Below are positions 20,719-32,450 of a DNA stretch of 64,000 bases, one piece after another. Positions within the stretch are counted from its first letter, which is position 1; the number at the start of each line of letters is the position of its first letter. This DNA is from Candidatus Moraniibacteriota bacterium. GTDB taxonomy: Bacteria; Patescibacteriota; Minisyncoccia; Moranbacterales; UBA1568. The notes under the pieces were generated by a model, which saw only the letters and a program-made list of their open reading frames with translations, was not told the origin of the DNA and searched no databases. The stretch is from NCBI GenBank assembly GCA_052035095.1, contig JBPOHW010000007.1:65705-129704 (forward strand), written 5' to 3'. A program made the translations under genes and the position numbers.

Positions 20719-20820
20719 GCGAACGAAGTGGAAGACAAGCAAAAAAATAATTTTTCCCAAAAAACGGACTTTCTTAGTGCGCTCTTGGAAATGTGGTCAT
20801 TTTAACAGCAAAACAAAACT

Positions 20821-21261
20821 ATGGCATCTTTCCTTGAGCGCGTGCGGCAAAAACCGGAAGCGACGCGCGTGCGGTACCTTTTTTTCTCGGTTGGAGCCTC
20901 ATTCTTTTTGGTTGCGATCCTCTGGATGTTTTCTCTCAAAACATCCCTCGGATCCCTCATAGAGGGTGAAACCATGGAAACCGTGAAAGAAGGCGTCCGC
21001 GACATCACAAAAGACGTCCCAACCTCACTCGACGCGCTCATAAAAGCAGGGAAGACCCTTCAAGGAGAGGGGGAGGCACTCGAAGATACAAAGCACAGCG
21101 AAGGAATCGAAAGTCTTTTGCCAAACATCGACAATCAGCCTATACCGACAGCTGAAACACCCAAGGAAGAAGCGAAGCCGGTCGAAGATGTTTCACCGGA
21201 AATTCCCAAGGAAGCTCTCCCTCCAAAAGAAAATCAAGATTCTCCTCAATCGAACCCATGA
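20821..21261 (+). CDS. hypothetical single-TM protein with acidic C-terminus
   Basis: 146 aa; one hydrophobic segment; 4-nt spacing to gyrA start. Confidence 0.4.
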   Translation: MASFLERVRQKPEATRVRYLFFSVGASFFLVAILWMFSLKTSLGSLIEGETMETVKEGVRDITKDVPTSLDALIKAGKTLQGEGEALEDTKHSEGIESLLPNIDNQPIPTAETPKEEAKPVEDVSPEIPKEALPPKENQDSPQSNP

Positions 21262-21264
21262 TCT

Positions 21265-23730
21265 ATGAAAAGAACTGACACAACGCCGCAAACGCCATTT
21301 GAAGAGCACATTCGCCTCCAGCCGATCACGGACGAAGTGCGCAAATCCTACCTCGACTACGCGATGAGTGTCATCGTGGCGCGCGCGCTTCCCGATGTGC
21401 GCGACGGCTTGAAACCGGTGCACCGCCGCATTCTCTATTCCATGTGGTCAACGGGGCTCAAAGCAAGCGCCAAATTCCGCAAATCCGCAACCGTCGTCGG
21501 GGAAGTCCTCGGCAAATACCACCCGCACGGCGACACCGCCGTCTATGACACCATGGTCCGCATGGCGCAGGACTTCTCCCTCCGCTATCCGCTCGTCTGG
21601 GGACAGGGAAACTTCGGCTCGATGGATGGCGACAGCCCCGCCGCCTACCGCTACACCGAGGCCAAACTCGCCCCAATCGCCGAAGAAATGCTCTTCGATA
21701 TTGAGAAAGACACGGTAGACTTTGTGCCCAATTTTGACGGCGTTCACAAAGAACCGGTCGTCCTCCCGGCAAAACTCCCGCAACTCCTCGCGAACGGAAC
21801 CGTCGGCATCGCGGTCGGTATGGCGACCAATATCCCACCACACAATCTCTCCGAACTCATCGACGGCATCGCGCATCTCATCGAAAATCCCGAGGCAAGC
21901 ACCGAAGACCTCCTCAAATTCATCAAGGGTCCCGACTTCCCGACGGGCGGCAGTATTTACAATTACAAAGACATTCGTGAAGCCTACGCGACCGGTCGCG
22001 GCAAAATCACGACCCGCGCCAAAGCCGAAATCATCGAAACCAAAGCCGGCGCCTTCCAAATCATCGCGACCGAAATCACCTACATGACCAACAAGGCGAC
22101 CCTGATCCAAAAGATCGCCGAACTGGTCAAAGATGGCAAACTCCAGGGCATCAAGGATCTTCGCGACGAATCCGACAAAGACGGCGTCCGCATCGTGATC
22201 GACCTCAAAAAAGAAGCCTTTCCGCAAAAGGTGCTCAACAAACTCTACTCGCTCACCGACTTCCAGAAAAACTTCAACATGAATATGTTGGCGCTGGTGA
22301 ATGGCATCGAGCCGCAAGTCTTGAATCTCAAGTCCATTCTCGAGCATTTCATCGCGCACCGCGAGATCGTGGTCACTCGTCGCACCCGATTTGAACTCCA
22401 AAAAGCCAAGGATCGCGCGCATATCCTCGAAGGGCTCAAAACCGCGCTCGATCACATAGACGAAGTCATTGCCGTCATCAAGAAATCCCCCGACAAAGAA
22501 ACGGCCAAGACGCGCCTTATGAAAAGCTTCGGGCTTTCAAGCGCGCAAACCGATGCCATTTTGGAGATGCGCCTCCAGACACTCTCGGGACTGGAACGGA
22601 AAAAAATAGAAGACGAGCTCGCCGAAAAACGCAAACTCATCGCGTACCTCGAAGATCTCCTCGGAAGCCGCGCCAAAATCCTGAAGCTCGTCAAAACCGA
22701 ACTCCTCGATCTTCGCGAAAAATACGGCGACGCTCGCAAAACCAAGGTAGTCCGTTCCGCAATCGGAGAGTTTTCCCAAGAAGACCTTATCCCCAACGAA
22801 GAGGCAATCGTCACACTCTCCGAGGACGGCTATGTGAAGCGGATGAATCCGGACGTCTATCGCGTCCAAAAGCGCGGCGGCAAAGGCGTGATCGGCGCGA
22901 CCACCAAGGAAGGCGACGCGATCGCCAAGGTGTTGGGCATTATGACCCATGACAACCTCATGTTTTTCACCAATACCGGCAAAGTGTTCCAGACCAAGGC
23001 CTACGAAATCCCCGAATCGTCCCGCACCGCCAAAGGACAAGCGATCGTCAACTTCCTCCAACTCGGAAATGAAGAAAAAATCACCGCCCTCATCGCTTTC
23101 AACAAGGACGACGATTTCAAATACCTCTTTATGGCGACCGAGCAAGGAACCATCAAGAAGTGCAAACTCGAAGAATTCGAAAACGTGCGCCGAAGCGGTC
23201 TCATCGCGATCAATCTCGACAAAGGCGATATGCTGGGCTGGGTCGCGCCCACGACCGGTTCCGATCACATCATCTTTACGACGAGCGAAGGGCAAGCTAT
23301 CCGTTTCAAAGAAAGCGACGTGCGCCCGATGGGGAGGGGCGCCGGCGGCGTCCGCGGCATCAAGCTCTCCGCGAGTGACACCGTCGTCGGTATGAATATC
23401 ATCCGCGCCGAAGGCAAGGACTTCGAACTCGTCATCCTCTCGGGAAACGGCTTCGGCAAGCGCACCGATCTCAAGCACTACAAGCTCCAGCATCGCGGGG
23501 GATCCGGGATGAAGACCGCCAAAGTGACGCCGAAAATCGGCAAACTCGTCGGCGCGCAGGTGATCCACAAAGACGACCTCACCGAATGCGATCTCATCGC
23601 GACCTCCAAGAAGGGAACCATCATTCGCATTCCCCTGAAAAGCGTCCCCCTCCTCTCCCGCGTCACCCAAGGCGTCCGCGTCATGCGCCCGCAAGGAGGC
23701 GACGCCGTCGCGTCATTTACAGTATTATAA
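21265..23730 (+). CDS. gyrA: DNA gyrase subunit A
   Basis: 821 aa; active-site region [26 protein letters not shown]; C-terminal beta-pinwheel repeats. Confidence 0.95.
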   Translation: MKRTDTTPQTPFEEHIRLQPITDEVRKSYLDYAMSVIVARALPDVRDGLKPVHRRILYSMWSTGLKASAKFRKSATVVGEVLGKYHPHGDTAVYDTMVRMAQDFSLRYPLVWGQGNFGSMDGDSPAAYRYTEAKLAPIAEEMLFDIEKDTVDFVPNFDGVHKEPVVLPAKLPQLLANGTVGIAVGMATNIPPHNLSELIDGIAHLIENPEASTEDLLKFIKGPDFPTGGSIYNYKDIREAYATGRGKITTRAKAEIIETKAGAFQIIATEITYMTNKATLIQKIAELVKDGKLQGIKDLRDESDKDGVRIVIDLKKEAFPQKVLNKLYSLTDFQKNFNMNMLALVNGIEPQVLNLKSILEHFIAHREIVVTRRTRFELQKAKDRAHILEGLKTALDHIDEVIAVIKKSPDKETAKTRLMKSFGLSSAQTDAILEMRLQTLSGLERKKIEDELAEKRKLIAYLEDLLGSRAKILKLVKTELLDLREKYGDARKTKVVRSAIGEFSQEDLIPNEEAIVTLSEDGYVKRMNPDVYRVQKRGGKGVIGATTKEGDAIAKVLGIMTHDNLMFFTNTGKVFQTKAYEIPESSRTAKGQAIVNFLQLGNEEKITALIAFNKDDDFKYLFMATEQGTIKKCKLEEFENVRRSGLIAINLDKGDMLGWVAPTTGSDHIIFTTSEGQAIRFKESDVRPMGRGAGGVRGIKLSASDTVVGMNIIRAEGKDFELVILSGNGFGKRTDLKHYKLQHRGGSGMKTAKVTPKIGKLVGAQVIHKDDLTECDLIATSKKGTIIRIPLKSVPLLSRVTQGVRVMRPQGGDAVASFTVL

Positions 23731-23832
23731 ATTTGCACAAAAAGCCTACCCGTGGTAGGCTTTTTTCATAATTCATTAGGGGACGAGCCTGGATTGGTTT
23801 ATACGAACGAATCCTGCGCCGTACGAAAAGCT

Positions 23833-24096
23833 ATGTTGACGACGAAGCAGAAGGCGAAAGCGACCAAGGAGGTGAAGCGACACGACAAGGATACCGGGTC
23901 ACCGGAGTATCAGATCGCGATGTTTACCGAGCGAATCAAGAAGCTCACCGATCACCTCAAGAAGAACAAGAAAGACTTCCACTCCCGCCGAGGACTCCTC
24001 AAAATGGTTTCAAAGCGCAAGCGCTTGATGGGCTATCTCCAGAAAACCGACGAGAAAGCCGCCAAGTCCCTCGCCAAGAAACTCAAACTCGCGTAG
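23833..24096 (+). CDS. rpsO: 30S ribosomal protein S15
   Basis: 88 aa from [10 protein letters not shown]..; S15 signature ..[48 protein letters not shown]. Confidence 0.85.
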   Translation: MLTTKQKAKATKEVKRHDKDTGSPEYQIAMFTERIKKLTDHLKKNKKDFHSRRGLLKMVSKRKRLMGYLQKTDEKAAKSLAKKLKLA

Positions 24097-24192
24097 TTTT
24101 TCCATCCCGCACTTTGCACCCAAGGTACGGGATTGGTTTTTGTAGTTTTGCCTTATTCCTTATTCTTCATTCCTCATTCTCCATTCTATCCT

Positions 24193-24690
24193 ATGGCAAA
24201 ATTCAAAGAACAACGCGTCGGGATGCTCGTTGATGTACAGAATATGTACTACAGCGCGCGCATCCTTTTTAGCAAAAAGGTGAGCTTCAAGAATGTGCTC
24301 CTCGCCGGCACCGCCGACCGGAAACTCATTCGCGCGATCGCCTACGGCATCAAGACGGTCGAAGGCATGGAAGACAAATTTTTCGAAGCGCTCGAAAAGT
24401 CCGGCTTCGAAGTGAAGACCAAAGACCTCCAAATTTTCCCCGATGGCTCCAAGAAGGGTGACTGGGATGTCGGTATCGCGATGGATGCCGTCCGCATGGC
24501 GCGAAACCTCGACGTCATCATCCTCGTCTCGGGCGATGGCGACTATATCCCACTCGTCGAGTATATCCAATCAACCACCGGCTGTCGCGTCGAAGGTATG
24601 GCGTTCAAGGAATCCGCGAGCTCCAAACTCATCGAACAACTCGACGACTTCATCAATCTCTCGGATGATAAGAAACTGTTTTTGATATAG
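24193..24690 (+). CDS. NYN-domain (LabA-like) putative RNase
   Basis: MAKFKEQRVGMLVDVQNMYY..; acidic NYN motifs GDWDVGIAMDAV and VSGDGDY. Confidence 0.65.
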   Translation: MAKFKEQRVGMLVDVQNMYYSARILFSKKVSFKNVLLAGTADRKLIRAIAYGIKTVEGMEDKFFEALEKSGFEVKTKDLQIFPDGSKKGDWDVGIAMDAVRMARNLDVIILVSGDGDYIPLVEYIQSTTGCRVEGMAFKESASSKLIEQLDDFINLSDDKKLFLI

Positions 24691-25081
24691 GAATCGAAAT
24701 TAACACTCGACTTTTCTTAGAAAACCCCGAACCTTTCGGGGTTTTCTCTTTTCAAAAAACGATGAAGCACATTGACATCACAAAAAACTCATACTACACT
24801 CCGATTTCGACCAAAAATTCTCCGTATGCTCTCCGAAGAACTCCTCACTCTCCTCATCCTCCTTATGAGCGGCGCCGCCATTTCGATGGCGGTTGATTTG
24901 GCGCTCGGCATCCGGTGGCAACGATTCAAAGCCTGGAAATGGCTCGTCCACATCACCACCCTCATCCTCTACGGCACTTTCATCGCCGCGTATATGCTTC
25001 TCCGTTGACAAATTCTGAAAAATTACTATATTTGAAGGTCATTGGAACCGCAATGACTTCTCGACACCCAAGGAGAACTCC

Positions 25082-25248
25082 ATGAAAAACCTGTTCATTT
25101 TACTCTTTATCGTCCTGCTTTGTGGAATCTTTGGTGTTTATATTGAAGAAAATTTTACAAAGCAGCTCTTCTTGACAGTGCTCAACCTATACGTAGCATG
25201 GTTCACCCTCAAGTGCCACCGTATTACGTCTGAATGTCTCGCCGCTTA
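25082..25248 (+). CDS. small hydrophobic ORF (55 aa) abutting the IS30 end, possibly a gene remnant
   Basis: RBS-like GGAGAA upstream; MKNLFILLFIVLLCGIFGVYIEENF..; below ORF-track cutoff. Confidence 0.2.
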
Positions 25249-25259
25249 AACAGGGTGAG

Positions 25260-26355
25260 TTCTAGAATTTAATGCCCCTTTTTCTTCTTTCACTTTCCGG
25301 CAACCACTTCCGCAAGCACTTCATTCGGCGTCTTGTATCCGAGACACTTCCTCGGACGATTATTCAACCGTTCCTGAATCTCAAATATCTCCTCATCCGT
25401 CATTGAATCAAACGCACACTTTCTTGGCAAATACTCTCGAATGAGTCCGTTCAGATTTTCCACCCCTCCCTTTTGCCATGAAGCGTACGTATCGCAGAAG
25501 TAGGAAGGAAGATTCAACATCCGTTTTGTTTCTTCATGGAGCACATTCTCGGTGCCATTGTCCCTTGTCATACTTTTGCGAAGAGTCTCCGGTATCTTGG
25601 ATAAATGCCGTTGTATCGCTCGTTCACTCTCATTCGCCGTTTTGTTTTTTGCTTTGGTCAAACGGCAGAGTCGCATCTTCCGTTCGTTCTGCACCGAGAG
25701 TATCGACTCCTGTTGTGAAAAGATCATCGAATCCGTTTCCCAATCTCCGTATCGTTCCCGTTCCCCGATAATCTTGGGTCGCTCCTGAATTGGAACACGG
25801 CTTGGAATGAGGGTTTTCTTTGGTTTCCTGCCAAACCGACGAGTACGAACTTTCTGTTTCCTCCGGAGATATTTGAAGAGTCCCCCCATACGACCGGACC
25901 CGGTATAGATGTACTGATAAATGGTTTCAGCACAGACCGTGCCATCCTTTTCATTCAAGGAATGTTCCCGATCCCGTACCCGCATTCTCCCCGCAATTTG
26001 TTCTGGCGAATGTCCTTCTTCAAGGGAGGTTTCTACAAACTTTTTCAGCTTTCGATGTTTTTCTTTTTCCAATTTTCTCGTATTTGTTTTCTTCGCGTTT
26101 CGATCAGCTATTCCTTGAGCGGAGCGGGCGGTGTAGGGAAGATGCTCGCCGGAGTTTCTTCGAATCTCTCGTTTGATCACCGAGAGATCTCGCTTCAACT
26201 TTTCCGCAATCCAGGTTTTCTTTTTCTTCATGCGTACATACATCTCTATCCGTTCCCGTTCGGGGAATGTTATTCGTTGAATGGGCATACTTTTTCGGTT
26301 GATATGGGTTAAAAACCATAGTATCCGAAAAAGGGGCAATGGGGATAGAATTCAG
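25260..26355 (-). mobile_element. IS30-family insertion sequence (about 1.1 kb) with imperfect terminal inverted repeats ending ..TGCCCCTTTTTC
   Basis: single transposase ORF; both ends carry ..(a)tgcccctttttc in inverted orientation (25264-25290 and 26321-26352). Confidence 0.7.
25290..26339 (-). CDS. IS30-family DDE transposase
   Basis: 349 aa, N-terminal HTH, C-terminal integrase-core/DDE region (..WETDSMIF..DNGTENV..). Confidence 0.8.
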   Translation of the reverse strand: MPLFRILWFLTHINRKSMPIQRITFPERERIEMYVRMKKKKTWIAEKLKRDLSVIKREIRRNSGEHLPYTARSAQGIADRNAKKTNTRKLEKEKHRKLKKFVETSLEEGHSPEQIAGRMRVRDREHSLNEKDGTVCAETIYQYIYTGSGRMGGLFKYLRRKQKVRTRRFGRKPKKTLIPSRVPIQERPKIIGERERYGDWETDSMIFSQQESILSVQNERKMRLCRLTKAKNKTANESERAIQRHLSKIPETLRKSMTRDNGTENVLHEETKRMLNLPSYFCDTYASWQKGGVENLNGLIREYLPRKCAFDSMTDEEIFEIQERLNNRPRKCLGYKTPNEVLAEVVAGK

Positions 26356-26547
26356 GCAGTAGCAAGAAAAATTGACTTCCCGCCACAAAAGCCGTACACT
26401 TCGTTTCGAAGGTACGGTTTGTTTTTTTCTTTAACACGCGTCCAAAAGGAGCGAGCCCTCGGCACAGAAGGATTTTTGAATACTGATAAAGGATGTATTC
26501 GATGATTCTTCCGTGTTTAGTGGCTTCTCTGCGGACGAAGAAGATGT

Positions 26548-28656
26548 ATGCAGGAGCAAAAATGGTCCCTCCAGATCGGAGGGCGGGTCCTCGAACTTTC
26601 GACCGGACTCCTTGCCGGGCAGGCAAATGGCGCCGTCAGGGCGCAGTATGGCGATACGGTCGTCCTCGCGACCGCGGTGATGGGCAAAAATCCCTCGAAT
26701 ATCTCGGGGTATTTTCCGCTTCTCGTTGATTACGAGGAACGCTACTACGCGGCGGGAAAAATCAAAGGCTCGCGTTTTATCAAGCGCGAAGGTCGCCCAT
26801 CGGACGACGCCGTCCTCACAGGGCGCGCGGTCGACCGCACCATTCGACCACTCTTCAATCCCCGCATGCGAAACGACGTGCAGGTCATCGTCACGACGCT
26901 TTCCTTCGACAATGAGAATGACCCCGACACCATCGGTATGATTGCCGCCTCCGCCGCTCTCGCCCTCTCCGACATTCCATGGAATGGACCGATCGGCGCG
27001 GTGCGCGTAGGGAAAATCGGCGAAAACTTCATTTTGAATCCGGTCAATGGGGAACGAACCGAGAGCGAATTTGACCTTCTTATCGCCGGCACAAGCGAAA
27101 AAGTGAATATGATGGAAGTTGCCGCCAAAGAAGTGCCGGAAGCGGTGATGGTCAAGGCATTCGCCTTTGGGTTCGAGGCGATCAAAAAGATTGCGAATTT
27201 TATCGAATCCATCCGAAAGGAAGCGGGAAAAGAAAAACTCATCCCAACCCTCCTCGAGGCACCCAAAGAAGTGGAGTCTGACATCCGGACGTGGTTTGAA
27301 GAAAAAGGCCTCGCGCAAGCGCTCTATCTCAAGGGCAAAAAAGAAACGTATGATAAGCTTCGTGAAATCCGCGAGTACGTGGATGCGAAAGTCGCCGAAA
27401 CGTACGCAAGCGTTCCGAAAATCCGCGAAGTGACCGAACAGGTCTTCGAAGAACTCTCCGACGAAATCGTCCATGAGAATATTTTGAAGCACGGGAAGCG
27501 CCCCGATGGACGAACGCTCGCCGAAGTCCGCCCCATCACCTGCCAGGTCGGCATTTTGCCCAGGACGCACGGCACCGGACTCTTCACGCGCGGCGAAACG
27601 CAAGCGCTCACCGTTGCCACCCTCGGCTCCCCGGGCGATGAACAAATTATCGACACGATGGAGGTCGATATGAAGAAGCGCTATATCCATCACTACAACT
27701 TCCCCCCCTATTCCGTCGCGGAAGTAAAGCCGATGCGCGGACCCGGTCGTCGAGAGGTAGGTCACGGCGCCCTCGCTGAAAAAGCGCTCGTGCCGGTACT
27801 CCCCGCCAAAGACGTGTTTCCGTATACCATACTCCTCGTCTCCGAAATCCTCTCTTCAAATGGTTCCTCCTCAATGGCGTCAACTTGCGGCTCGACGCTC
27901 GCTCTTATGGATGCCGGTGTCCCGATTTCCGCGCCGGTTTCAGGTATCGCGATGGGTATTATCGTGGGCGATGAAAAAAATTACAAAGTCTTGACCGATA
28001 TTCAGGGACTCGAAGATCACTACGGCGATATGGATTTCAAAGCGGCGGGAACCGCTATGGGCTTGACTGCCGTCCAGATGGACGTGAAAGTCGATGGCGT
28101 CACACTCGAGATGCTCGAAGCGGTACTCCTCCAAGCAAAAGTTAATCGCGCCGAGATTCTCGAAAAAATGCTCGCAACCCTTCCCACCGCGCGCCCCAAT
28201 CTCTCACCATACGCGCCGCGCATTATCGTCCTCCACATCAATCCGGAGAAAATTCGCGATGTGATCGGACCGGGCGGCAAGATGATTAATCGGATCATTG
28301 ATGAAACCGGTGTCCAGATCGATATCGAAGACGACGGATCAATCTTTGTCACCTCGCCCGACGAGGGAAGCGCCAAAAAAGCCGTTGACTGGATTATGAA
28401 CATCACTCGCGAAGTAAAGCCCGGCGAACTCTTTCAGGGTCGCGTCACGCGCCTGATGAATTTCGGCGCCTTTGTGGAAGTGCTTCCCAATCAAGAGGGA
28501 CTCGTCCATATTTCCGAACTCGCCGATACCAGGGTTGAACGCGTCGAAGATGTCGTCCATGTCGGCGATATGATTCCCGTTATCGTCAAAAACATCGATG
28601 ATCAGGGGCGTATCAATCTCTCACGAAAGGCCGCTCTCGGAAAAACAATCGAATAA
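26548..28656 (+). CDS. pnp: polyribonucleotide nucleotidyltransferase (PNPase)
   Basis: 702 aa; two RNase PH domains, KH and C-terminal S1 domain (..[28 protein letters not shown]). Confidence 0.95.
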   Translation: MQEQKWSLQIGGRVLELSTGLLAGQANGAVRAQYGDTVVLATAVMGKNPSNISGYFPLLVDYEERYYAAGKIKGSRFIKREGRPSDDAVLTGRAVDRTIRPLFNPRMRNDVQVIVTTLSFDNENDPDTIGMIAASAALALSDIPWNGPIGAVRVGKIGENFILNPVNGERTESEFDLLIAGTSEKVNMMEVAAKEVPEAVMVKAFAFGFEAIKKIANFIESIRKEAGKEKLIPTLLEAPKEVESDIRTWFEEKGLAQALYLKGKKETYDKLREIREYVDAKVAETYASVPKIREVTEQVFEELSDEIVHENILKHGKRPDGRTLAEVRPITCQVGILPRTHGTGLFTRGETQALTVATLGSPGDEQIIDTMEVDMKKRYIHHYNFPPYSVAEVKPMRGPGRREVGHGALAEKALVPVLPAKDVFPYTILLVSEILSSNGSSSMASTCGSTLALMDAGVPISAPVSGIAMGIIVGDEKNYKVLTDIQGLEDHYGDMDFKAAGTAMGLTAVQMDVKVDGVTLEMLEAVLLQAKVNRAEILEKMLATLPTARPNLSPYAPRIIVLHINPEKIRDVIGPGGKMINRIIDETGVQIDIEDDGSIFVTSPDEGSAKKAVDWIMNITREVKPGELFQGRVTRLMNFGAFVEVLPNQEGLVHISELADTRVERVEDVVHVGDMIPVIVKNIDDQGRINLSRKAALGKTIE

Positions 28657-28714
28657 TAGTTCCCTTGAAAGATTTATGATAGAATAGAGAGGCGGATATG
28701 TCCGCCTCTCTTTC

Positions 28715-30139
28715 TTGTCCGAAAACAAAAATACTATGGGGTTTTTCTCAAGCAAATCGCCTCAAAAAATATCGCCGGACGCGCAGGATACGGTTGACGC
28801 AAAAATCCACGTTATGCAGCACGACCTTGAGGAAGCGCTCAAACGTGGTCACGTAAAGGTAGAGCCGACAACGGAGTCAAAGGAGTCAAAAGGCTCGGCG
28901 CCACTCGCGAAAAGCGACGTCTCAAGCGAAAGTCCGTTTTTACAATCGGATGGATCTGCCTCCAATGCTCTCCCCGACATTTCTCACGCCGTTCATCCCC
29001 AAGAAATTCCATCACCTCTCGCAACACCCTCACGCGAGGCGGATGAGACGCCTTCAGTCGCGCCATTGCATATTCAAGCCCCCCCACCAACGCCAGAAAT
29101 CCGCAAGCTGGAGATATCCCCCGTCATTCAAACGCTAGAATCAGAAATATCAGACTCGTCACTTGCACCAAAACCAGAAAGCGCCCTAAAACAACTCGGA
29201 AGCAATCAAGCGTCACTTAGAACTGGAACGTGGCCAATCGGGCAACCGGAAAAAAAGGGCATTCAACAAAAACCTTCGGCGTCAAAAACGATTCCGAAAA
29301 AAGTATTTATTCGAAGACCGACCACTGATAAGAAGTCTCTCTCGGAGAACATCATCCTCAAGGAACAGTGGGGATGGAAACAATATCTGATTATCATCTT
29401 CATTGTAACCGTCTTGGGTGGCGGCGCGTTTCTTTTCCGAAAAACTCGATTTCCCAATACAGGTTTCTTTGATTTTTCCCTGCCGGAAATTCCAGATATC
29501 AGTCTCAATCCCGCAGCGGAAGAAATTCGGAAAGAACCGGAAGTAAAAAACGACCTTCCATTTTCAACCACCAACACCAATACATTCCTCATCGACGTCG
29601 AAACGGAAAGTGTTTCAACACTTCGAGAAAAACTCCTGCAACAGGCCGAAACCATGCGAAACGCCGATATGAAAGAGCCGATCCCGTTTTCCGTTGTGGA
29701 CAAAACAAACACGCCGATCGCCTTCTTTATCTTTGCCTCCGTTTTCAATCTCGGACTTTCGGGCGATCTCTTAAACAGCCTTGACAATCAATTCACCCTC
29801 TGGCTCTTTCTTGAAGACGAGGCACCGCGACTCGCACTCTCGATTCGCATCAAACACGCTGACAACGCGGCGAAATATCTCTCCGAATCAGAAAAGACCC
29901 TCCCAATCAGTCTCAAGAATATCTTTCTCGCCGAAACACCCCTCGAAAAATCCGATCCAAATTTTGGCGACGGACTCTATCGCGGCGTCCCCGTCCGTTA
30001 TCTCAATTTCCAATCTGAGGAGTCTCTCTCCATCGACTACGGATTCGTTAATACGGAACTCATCCTCGGCACAAGTAGAGACTCGACGCGCGCGGTCATC
30101 GACGCGTTTCTCGATACCAAGTCGGAGGAAAAGTTATAG
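28715..30139 (+). CDS. hypothetical Pro/Ser-rich single-TM protein
   Basis: 474 aa, low-complexity N-terminal half, TM YLIIIFIVTVLGGGAFLF, no known motif. Confidence 0.4.
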   Translation: MSENKNTMGFFSSKSPQKISPDAQDTVDAKIHVMQHDLEEALKRGHVKVEPTTESKESKGSAPLAKSDVSSESPFLQSDGSASNALPDISHAVHPQEIPSPLATPSREADETPSVAPLHIQAPPPTPEIRKLEISPVIQTLESEISDSSLAPKPESALKQLGSNQASLRTGTWPIGQPEKKGIQQKPSASKTIPKKVFIRRPTTDKKSLSENIILKEQWGWKQYLIIIFIVTVLGGGAFLFRKTRFPNTGFFDFSLPEIPDISLNPAAEEIRKEPEVKNDLPFSTTNTNTFLIDVETESVSTLREKLLQQAETMRNADMKEPIPFSVVDKTNTPIAFFIFASVFNLGLSGDLLNSLDNQFTLWLFLEDEAPRLALSIRIKHADNAAKYLSESEKTLPISLKNIFLAETPLEKSDPNFGDGLYRGVPVRYLNFQSEESLSIDYGFVNTELILGTSRDSTRAVIDAFLDTKSEEKL

Positions 30140-30293
30140 TTTTTTGGCTTACGCTCGCAAAGAAAAAGAGATGGTTCTTTTTTCTTTCGAAAATATTTGA
30201 TCGAATGTCGCAAGAAAACGACGCGCGAAAATTCCAAGCAACTTCCCAAAAAACGCCTTAATACCGCTCGCGAAAAAATAAGAATTCCCTCGT

Positions 30294-30325
30294 TGACCCA
30301 TCACTCATTTCTTGCTATACTGGAA
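30294..30325 (+). promoter_or_regulatory. sigma70-like promoter TTGACC-17-TATACT in a 700-bp ORF-free region
   Basis: read directly; followed by several hairpins (30400-30480, 30600-30640, 30800-30850) and no ORF. Confidence 0.3.
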
Positions 30326-30969
30326 ATGTTCTCGATGAAGAAAGTTCCTTAAAAAATTCTCATTCGCCATCAATCGTTGACTCGACCGTCTTTTGTCCTC
30401 CTTCTAAAAATCTCAACCGAGATTTCATCGAATGGTAGCGGGGTTCCCATCGCCATTTGCCCCTATTTGCGATTGGAACCCCCCTACTGTTCCTCTTCCC
30501 GAAAACTCGGGAAGCTCTTCTCTCTCCGAGGAGGAGAACCAAAAAAACAAAAACAAAATTTTCCTGTCGAACAAAAAAATAAAGACAGAAAAATAAAAAG
30601 AAAAAGAAAACAACAGTTCTTTCAAAAAGGAATGCAAAGCATTCCAAAAAATAGGCTATATGCCAAGGACACGGTACGGGCGGCATTCATTCGGAAGAAT
30701 GCTATCAACACAATTATGCGCACAAACTGCGCGAAGTTCTTATTGGATTACTGATGCTCCTCACCCGTGCTAGGTAACCGGAACACGCGTTGGCGCATAG
30801 CCGGACGCCCCTCGTCATATAATATTATATACGGACGCATGTGGCGTCCGGCACCCAACTTTTTCCCAACGAAAACACTTCTCACCAAAAAAAGAAACCC
30901 GAAAGGGTGTTTTTTGTTTGGGAAAAACCTGTTATACTGAAAGGCACTAAAAAACTCGGAAAAACCTCT

Positions 30970-31371
30970 ATGACCCTTCCCATATTTTCCTTTTTTTGTC
31001 GGAAGGACGAACCGATTGGGAAGAAGGGTGAGCAGGTGGCGGCAGAGTATTTGAAGAAAAAGGGCTACAGAATTCTCGAGATGAATTATAAGAATCCCAA
31101 GGGGAAGCAACTCGGGGAAATAGACATTGTGACACGGAAAGGGAAAGACATCGTCTTTGTGGAAGTAAAAACGCGGCGAGGAACGCCGGGAAAAGCCTTT
31201 CCGGAAGACAATCTCACCCCCGGTAAGCTTCATAAACTCGAAAAAATCGCTGCGCACTTCCTTCAATCACACCGTATTCAAGGCACTTCATATCACTTCG
31301 ATGCCGTCACGGTACTCTTTGATGAAAAGAAAACCGCCACCATCCGCCACTTCGAGCACATCTTCACCTGA
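30970..31371 (+). CDS. yraN: UPF0102/YraN-family endonuclease-like protein
   Basis: ..GEQVAAEYLKKKGYRILEMNYKNPKGKQLGEIDIVTRKGKDIVFVEVKTRR.. typical YraN signature; start taken at internal Met. Confidence 0.7.
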   Translation: MTLPIFSFFCRKDEPIGKKGEQVAAEYLKKKGYRILEMNYKNPKGKQLGEIDIVTRKGKDIVFVEVKTRRGTPGKAFPEDNLTPGKLHKLEKIAAHFLQSHRIQGTSYHFDAVTVLFDEKKTATIRHFEHIFT

Positions 31372-31449
31372 AATTGGACAAACACGTTCTCTCCTCCTAT
31401 ACTTCAAACCATCAACTACTCGATACTAACTACTAACTACTAACTCCCT

Positions 31450-31800
31450 ATGTCCCTCGATCCAAGCATCCTTGCTGAACTCAAAGACACGCTTCTCGCT
31501 GAAAAAAAGCGCCTCGAAGACGCGCTCTCGAAATTTGCCACCAAGACCGACGTGCCGGGCGAATATGAGACGCGCATGGAAGAAATCGGCACCGACATGG
31601 AGGACAACGTCACCGAAGTCGAAGGCTATGTCGACAACCTCGCTGTCGAGGCAAATCTCGAACACGAACTCCGCGACGTACTCGACGCGCTCGAGAAAAT
31701 GGACGCCGGCACCTACGGAATCTGCGAAAAAACCGGCACAGAAATCGCTCTTGACCGTTTACGTGCTTATCCTGCCGCTCGCACCGCGATTAGCAAGTAG
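31450..31800 (+). CDS. DksA/TraR-family-like small regulator (coiled-coil plus degenerate Zn-finger tail)
   Basis: 116 aa, acidic coiled-coil N-terminus, C-terminal GICEKTGTEIALDRL resembles DksA/TraR finger. Confidence 0.4.
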   Translation: MSLDPSILAELKDTLLAEKKRLEDALSKFATKTDVPGEYETRMEEIGTDMEDNVTEVEGYVDNLAVEANLEHELRDVLDALEKMDAGTYGICEKTGTEIALDRLRAYPAARTAISK

Positions 31801-31803
31801 TCT

Positions 31804-32220
31804 ATGTCTCTCCGAAACAAGGCTTGGCGTATTTTTCTCGCAAGCCTTGTTTTTTTTATTCTCTGCCGCATTTCACATCAATTCCTCGGAAAGCCCATCG
31901 TTTGCAATACCGGTATCGGTCTTGGCATTGAAATTCCACCGGTACTTCTCGTTGCCATCATTGCTTTGACGCTGACACTCGCTCTTTTTCTCTTTCGAAA
32001 CATTCTCCGCAATACCGAAAGCCTCACCCTGGCCATACTCCTTGGCGGATCACTTTTCTTCGGTGGCGCCCTCTCCAATATCGTCGATCGCCTCCATATG
32101 GGTTGCGTTCCCGACTTTTTTCCTATAGGCTGGTTTCCAGCCTTCAATGTCGCGGATATCGGAGTAAATTTTGGTGCATTTCTTCTCTTTGTTTCAATCG
32201 TTTATAAAAAAGATACGTAG
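31804..32220 (+). CDS. lspA: lipoprotein signal peptidase (signal peptidase II)
   Basis: four TM segments; conserved NIVDR and FNVADIGVNFGA motifs. Confidence 0.8.
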   Translation: MSLRNKAWRIFLASLVFFILCRISHQFLGKPIVCNTGIGLGIEIPPVLLVAIIALTLTLALFLFRNILRNTESLTLAILLGGSLFFGGALSNIVDRLHMGCVPDFFPIGWFPAFNVADIGVNFGAFLLFVSIVYKKDT

Positions 32221-32237
32221 AACGAAGGGTTCTCAAA

Positions 32238-32368
32238 GCACCAAATTCAAAATTTCAAGCTCCAAATAAGCATCAAATCACAAAAAAACAAATGGGAAAT
32301 TTTTTATTTTGTCTGGTTTTTAATGTTAGAATTTGAAATTTATTTGGAACTTGAAATTTTGAATTTGA
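32238..32368. repeat. MITE-like AT-rich element, family A, copy 1 (about 130 bp, 28-bp terminal inverted repeats CAAATTCAAAATTTCAAGCTCCAAATAA)
   Basis: near-identical copy at 35023-35147; ends form a long hairpin. Confidence 0.75.
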
Positions 32369-32450
32369 AATTTTCTTTTGACACGGCTCTCAACTCATTC
32401 TCCGTTCTCCTGTTTTCCTGTCAACTGTCAATTGTTAACTGTTCGCCAGT

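Noticed and set aside
21448-23694. 335-aa and 385-aa minus-strand ORFs inside gyrA
   Set aside because: Antisense shadow ORFs; gyrA on the plus strand has unambiguous motifs
26431-27765. 444-aa minus-strand ORF overlapping pnp
   Set aside because: Shadow ORF opposite PNPase; no motifs
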